From Raillietiella orientalis (taxonomy: Eukaryota): a DNA stretch of 64,000 nucleotides. The translations under genes and the position numbers were made by a program. The notes beneath the pieces were generated by a model. It searched no databases. It saw nothing but the letters and a program-made list of their open reading frames with translations, and was not told where the DNA came from. This document shows, in pieces, positions 61,143 through 64,000 of the stretch (its first letter is position 1; each line of letters begins with the position of its first letter). Location: NCBI GenBank assembly GCA_036172245.1, contig JAYWIR010000076.1, positions 124,001 through 188,000 on the forward strand, given 5' to 3'.

Positions 61143-63275
61143 TACATCTTAACAGGGGGAAACTAAAAATCAGGCAATTAAGATCTACTCTATGGAGATT
61201 CAAACTCTTGAATGAACCTGATTTCAAATACATTCATTGCACTGGACGGATGCTTTAACCGATAAAAGTTTTTAACTTGTGCTTCAACATCGTCAATATG
61301 CTTACTATAATGAAAATTTTTCGACAAAACTGAAGAATAAAGATGTACATACTCAAACTACAGCATTGGCAAATTATACCCCAAATCACAAACAGTACGT
61401 TACTTTACAAAACTTGCTAAAATCGATCAAGTGATCGAGAAAACCCACGTGTCAACAAATCAGACTTTGCACTTCATTGCTACGTCAAATTTTGCAAACA
61501 GACATCAGACATTCTTTACCGAGAATGGATCACTAAAACTTGCACATCGATTATACATGAAAAGGATGAGCAAATTTTACCAGGATGCTGAGCACCACAT
61601 TTCATTCGAAACAACGGCGCACAGTTATGAAAACAAACTCATGTTTCTGCAAATATACCTTTTGACAGATACTTCGGTTTCCTTGCGTATGTCCCTTAAC
61701 ACTTTCCTTTGTGAAACAAGCGGCAAATTCTAGATTACCTTATCATAGGCAAAAGTACGAAAACGAAAACCTAAAAGAATGTGAAGCACACCCACGAAAT
61801 TACTCGAAGAGTGACTTTGGAAGTAACCGACAGACATTTTCTTCGCCAACTGCGGCGGCCGCCATAAACGATCGCACCCCATGGAAAGATATTCGGCAGG
61901 CAGTCGACGCTGCAGATGAATCTTTCTTGCAATTTTCACCATCCGTTGCAAAAAAAAAAAAAAGACGAAGGACACCCAAAACGGCACACACACTAAATTT
62001 CTAAATATTATGTAAATAACAGTCCACAAACTTCCCTGCATTTACAGCCTTTGCCGACCGTAACAAAAACCACCTTTATGGACGAGGAACGGCGGTTCAG
62101 CCACTTTTTCGATTTTCTTGGGACCGAATTTCATCCCAAAGTTCATGAAATTCATGAAGTTGCATGCTCTTGATTTGCTTTTTTTGTTTTTGTTTTCACT
62201 TTAGCTTTGATCTTCACTAAACAACAAAAGGGCTTTACACGTAAGTCATTCAGCTAGAAGAACGAATCGAAAAAAAAATGTGTTCAAAATGATTTAAAAG
62301 ATAAACATCTTTTAAATCATTCATACAGGATGAAGAAATAAATGTGGCTTCTCTGAAGAGTTCACTCTTATTTCTTATTTCTTTGATAGACTACACAGCA
62401 CATACGAAAAAGGTGGTGTCGATTGAAAATGGCAAAATCATTCGTAAAGAGCGACTTATTTTTTAAAAGTTGATAATATTACGTTACTTATTACTGAAAG
62501 TCGACCAATAAAATGAATAGATAATAGGAAATTAACCTATATAATATTTCGATTCAGTGAAGGCAAGAATCGTTGAAAATTTTCCACCTCTTCGAAAACA
62601 AAGGTTCATCTCTTTGTTATTCAAATCCGATGCACATTCTCCATTATTATGTTATGATATCAGCGTATTATTCGTTAAACACTGTTTTTGTACATATTAT
62701 TTTTTGGTGTCATCCTCAATACTAATCTGATCATCTGAATGGGCAACTTCTTCAATTGAAATGTAACCCAAGCTGAAACCAATATAAGGATCTCGTATTC
62801 ATATGTGAACTCCAAGGGGATTTATGTAAATAAAATGAAATATTCGATAAACTAGTAAATAGCCTTTAAAATCCCGTTAAAATCTTGAAACTCAAAAAAA
62901 AGAATTAGGTTCTCCAGCTGACACATTTTAAAATTCGCTGCTTGGAAGTTGCGGATTATGCATAGTATGAATACATGGTGGCAGTGTACAATTATTGGAA
63001 CTATCGGTATTAGGAAACAGTCCGTATTCATGGAGTCTTCCCCGAATTGGCTTTCCAATGTTGTCCCTCTTGTCCATTTTACAATAAGGTGTCCTGGACT
63101 CCCACCCCTCCCCATAACTGCAAAACCTTCCAATTCACTTCTGTTCTTCCCCTTCCTATTGATTCCCTAAACCACAAATGTTCAGAATGTTTAGTAAGTT
63201 TCGACAGAATACATCTATTAAAGACACATAAAGACATGATGCATTCTGGATCCACAAAAAAATCTATTCTTCTAG

Positions 63276-64000
63276 TACATCTTGATGAGTGTCATGATGA
63301 ACAATCCCCTAAAACAATCCCAGAAGTTTCTGATTTTAATACTGTATCACCCGAAATCTCCTTACAAATTCATGAAAAGCACAATACATCCCCGGAATTC
63401 CTTGAGGCTATTGCAAATTTTGAACGTAACAAGGAGGCCTCCCAACCTCTTCCAGACGAAATTAGTCGGTTGCCTCCGCAAGCTGACGTTGGTGAAATCC
63501 CTGTCGGAGTCCTCCCTTCCCCTGCAAGTTGTCCTTTTTCGTCTAGCGCTCCTTCCCCTTCGGTGGCTGTCTCATATGCAGACATTTTAAAGAAAATTCC
63601 TGTGGTGAAGATCAGCAAGCTTCCCGCTTCTCCTTCCTTGTTTCGTTCCCTCGATGTCCGCCGCAATGGCTCCCCCATCAAGCCTTTGCTGTCCATCACT
63701 CGCAAGGTCTCATCTAGCGTAGACCTGTCCTGCGCCATGAAAAAGACCTTCTTGTCTTTCCCCAAAAAGGTCTCCCCGACTTCCTCCAGCTCCTCGTCAT
63801 TCTTACCGATGCCTGTCCAAGAAAACTTTGTTTCTCCGCCCACTAGTTCTGCAATCCCTGTAGTATCTCTGTCGCCTTCGGGGAAGCCATCTCACCATGT
63901 TGTGTCGCGTCCTCAAATCATTCAACAGCCTCTCTTGCACTCTCCTAAATTAAACCCATTTTACGTACCTAAACCCACAAGTTTGAATGCTCCTTTAGTA
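63276..64000 (+). CDS. Probable large coding exon, Ser/Pro-rich, product unknown; runs off the window
   Basis: About 240 codons without a stop after an acceptor-like ttcttctag (HLDECHDEQSPKTIPE...VSYADILKK...KLNPFYVPKPTSLNAPF). GC content is higher than the flank. Confidence 0.5.

Overview
Eukaryotic genomic DNA, invertebrate-like and probably arthropod (inferred from AT-rich GT-AG introns and gene content). Bases 1 to ~42.2 kb are a nested pile of at least 11 copies or fragments of one group of L1/Tx1-type non-LTR retrotransposons, with ORF1 carrying two CCHC knuckles and ORF2 carrying APE endonuclease, RT (YADD) and a C-terminal Cys/His motif. Target-site duplications let the pile be unpicked: Z(+) hosts A(-), A hosts E(+), E hosts B1+B2, F and D (all minus); C1+C2 sit in A; G sits in H. 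Every resolved insertion lies in ORF2 of a relative, and two (A and F) hit the same homologous codon. None has a poly(A) tail. All nine 3' ends finish in AATAA(A/T) + a CCCGG/CCGGG hairpin + a short tail, and intact 5' ends carry RGACGTGT. Directly adjacent is an endogenous CRESS-DNA (circovirus-like) genome with Rep, Cap and an intact TAGTATTAC stem-loop origin, followed by a capsid piece from a second, diverged virus. The rest holds a decayed L1-like fragment, an intronless CAP/GAPR-1-like gene, a multi-exon GH27 alpha-N-acetylgalactosaminidase/alpha-galactosidase gene (minus strand) and a Ser/Pro-rich open frame running off the right end. Element letters are my own labels, and all family assignments are from motif recognition by eye.
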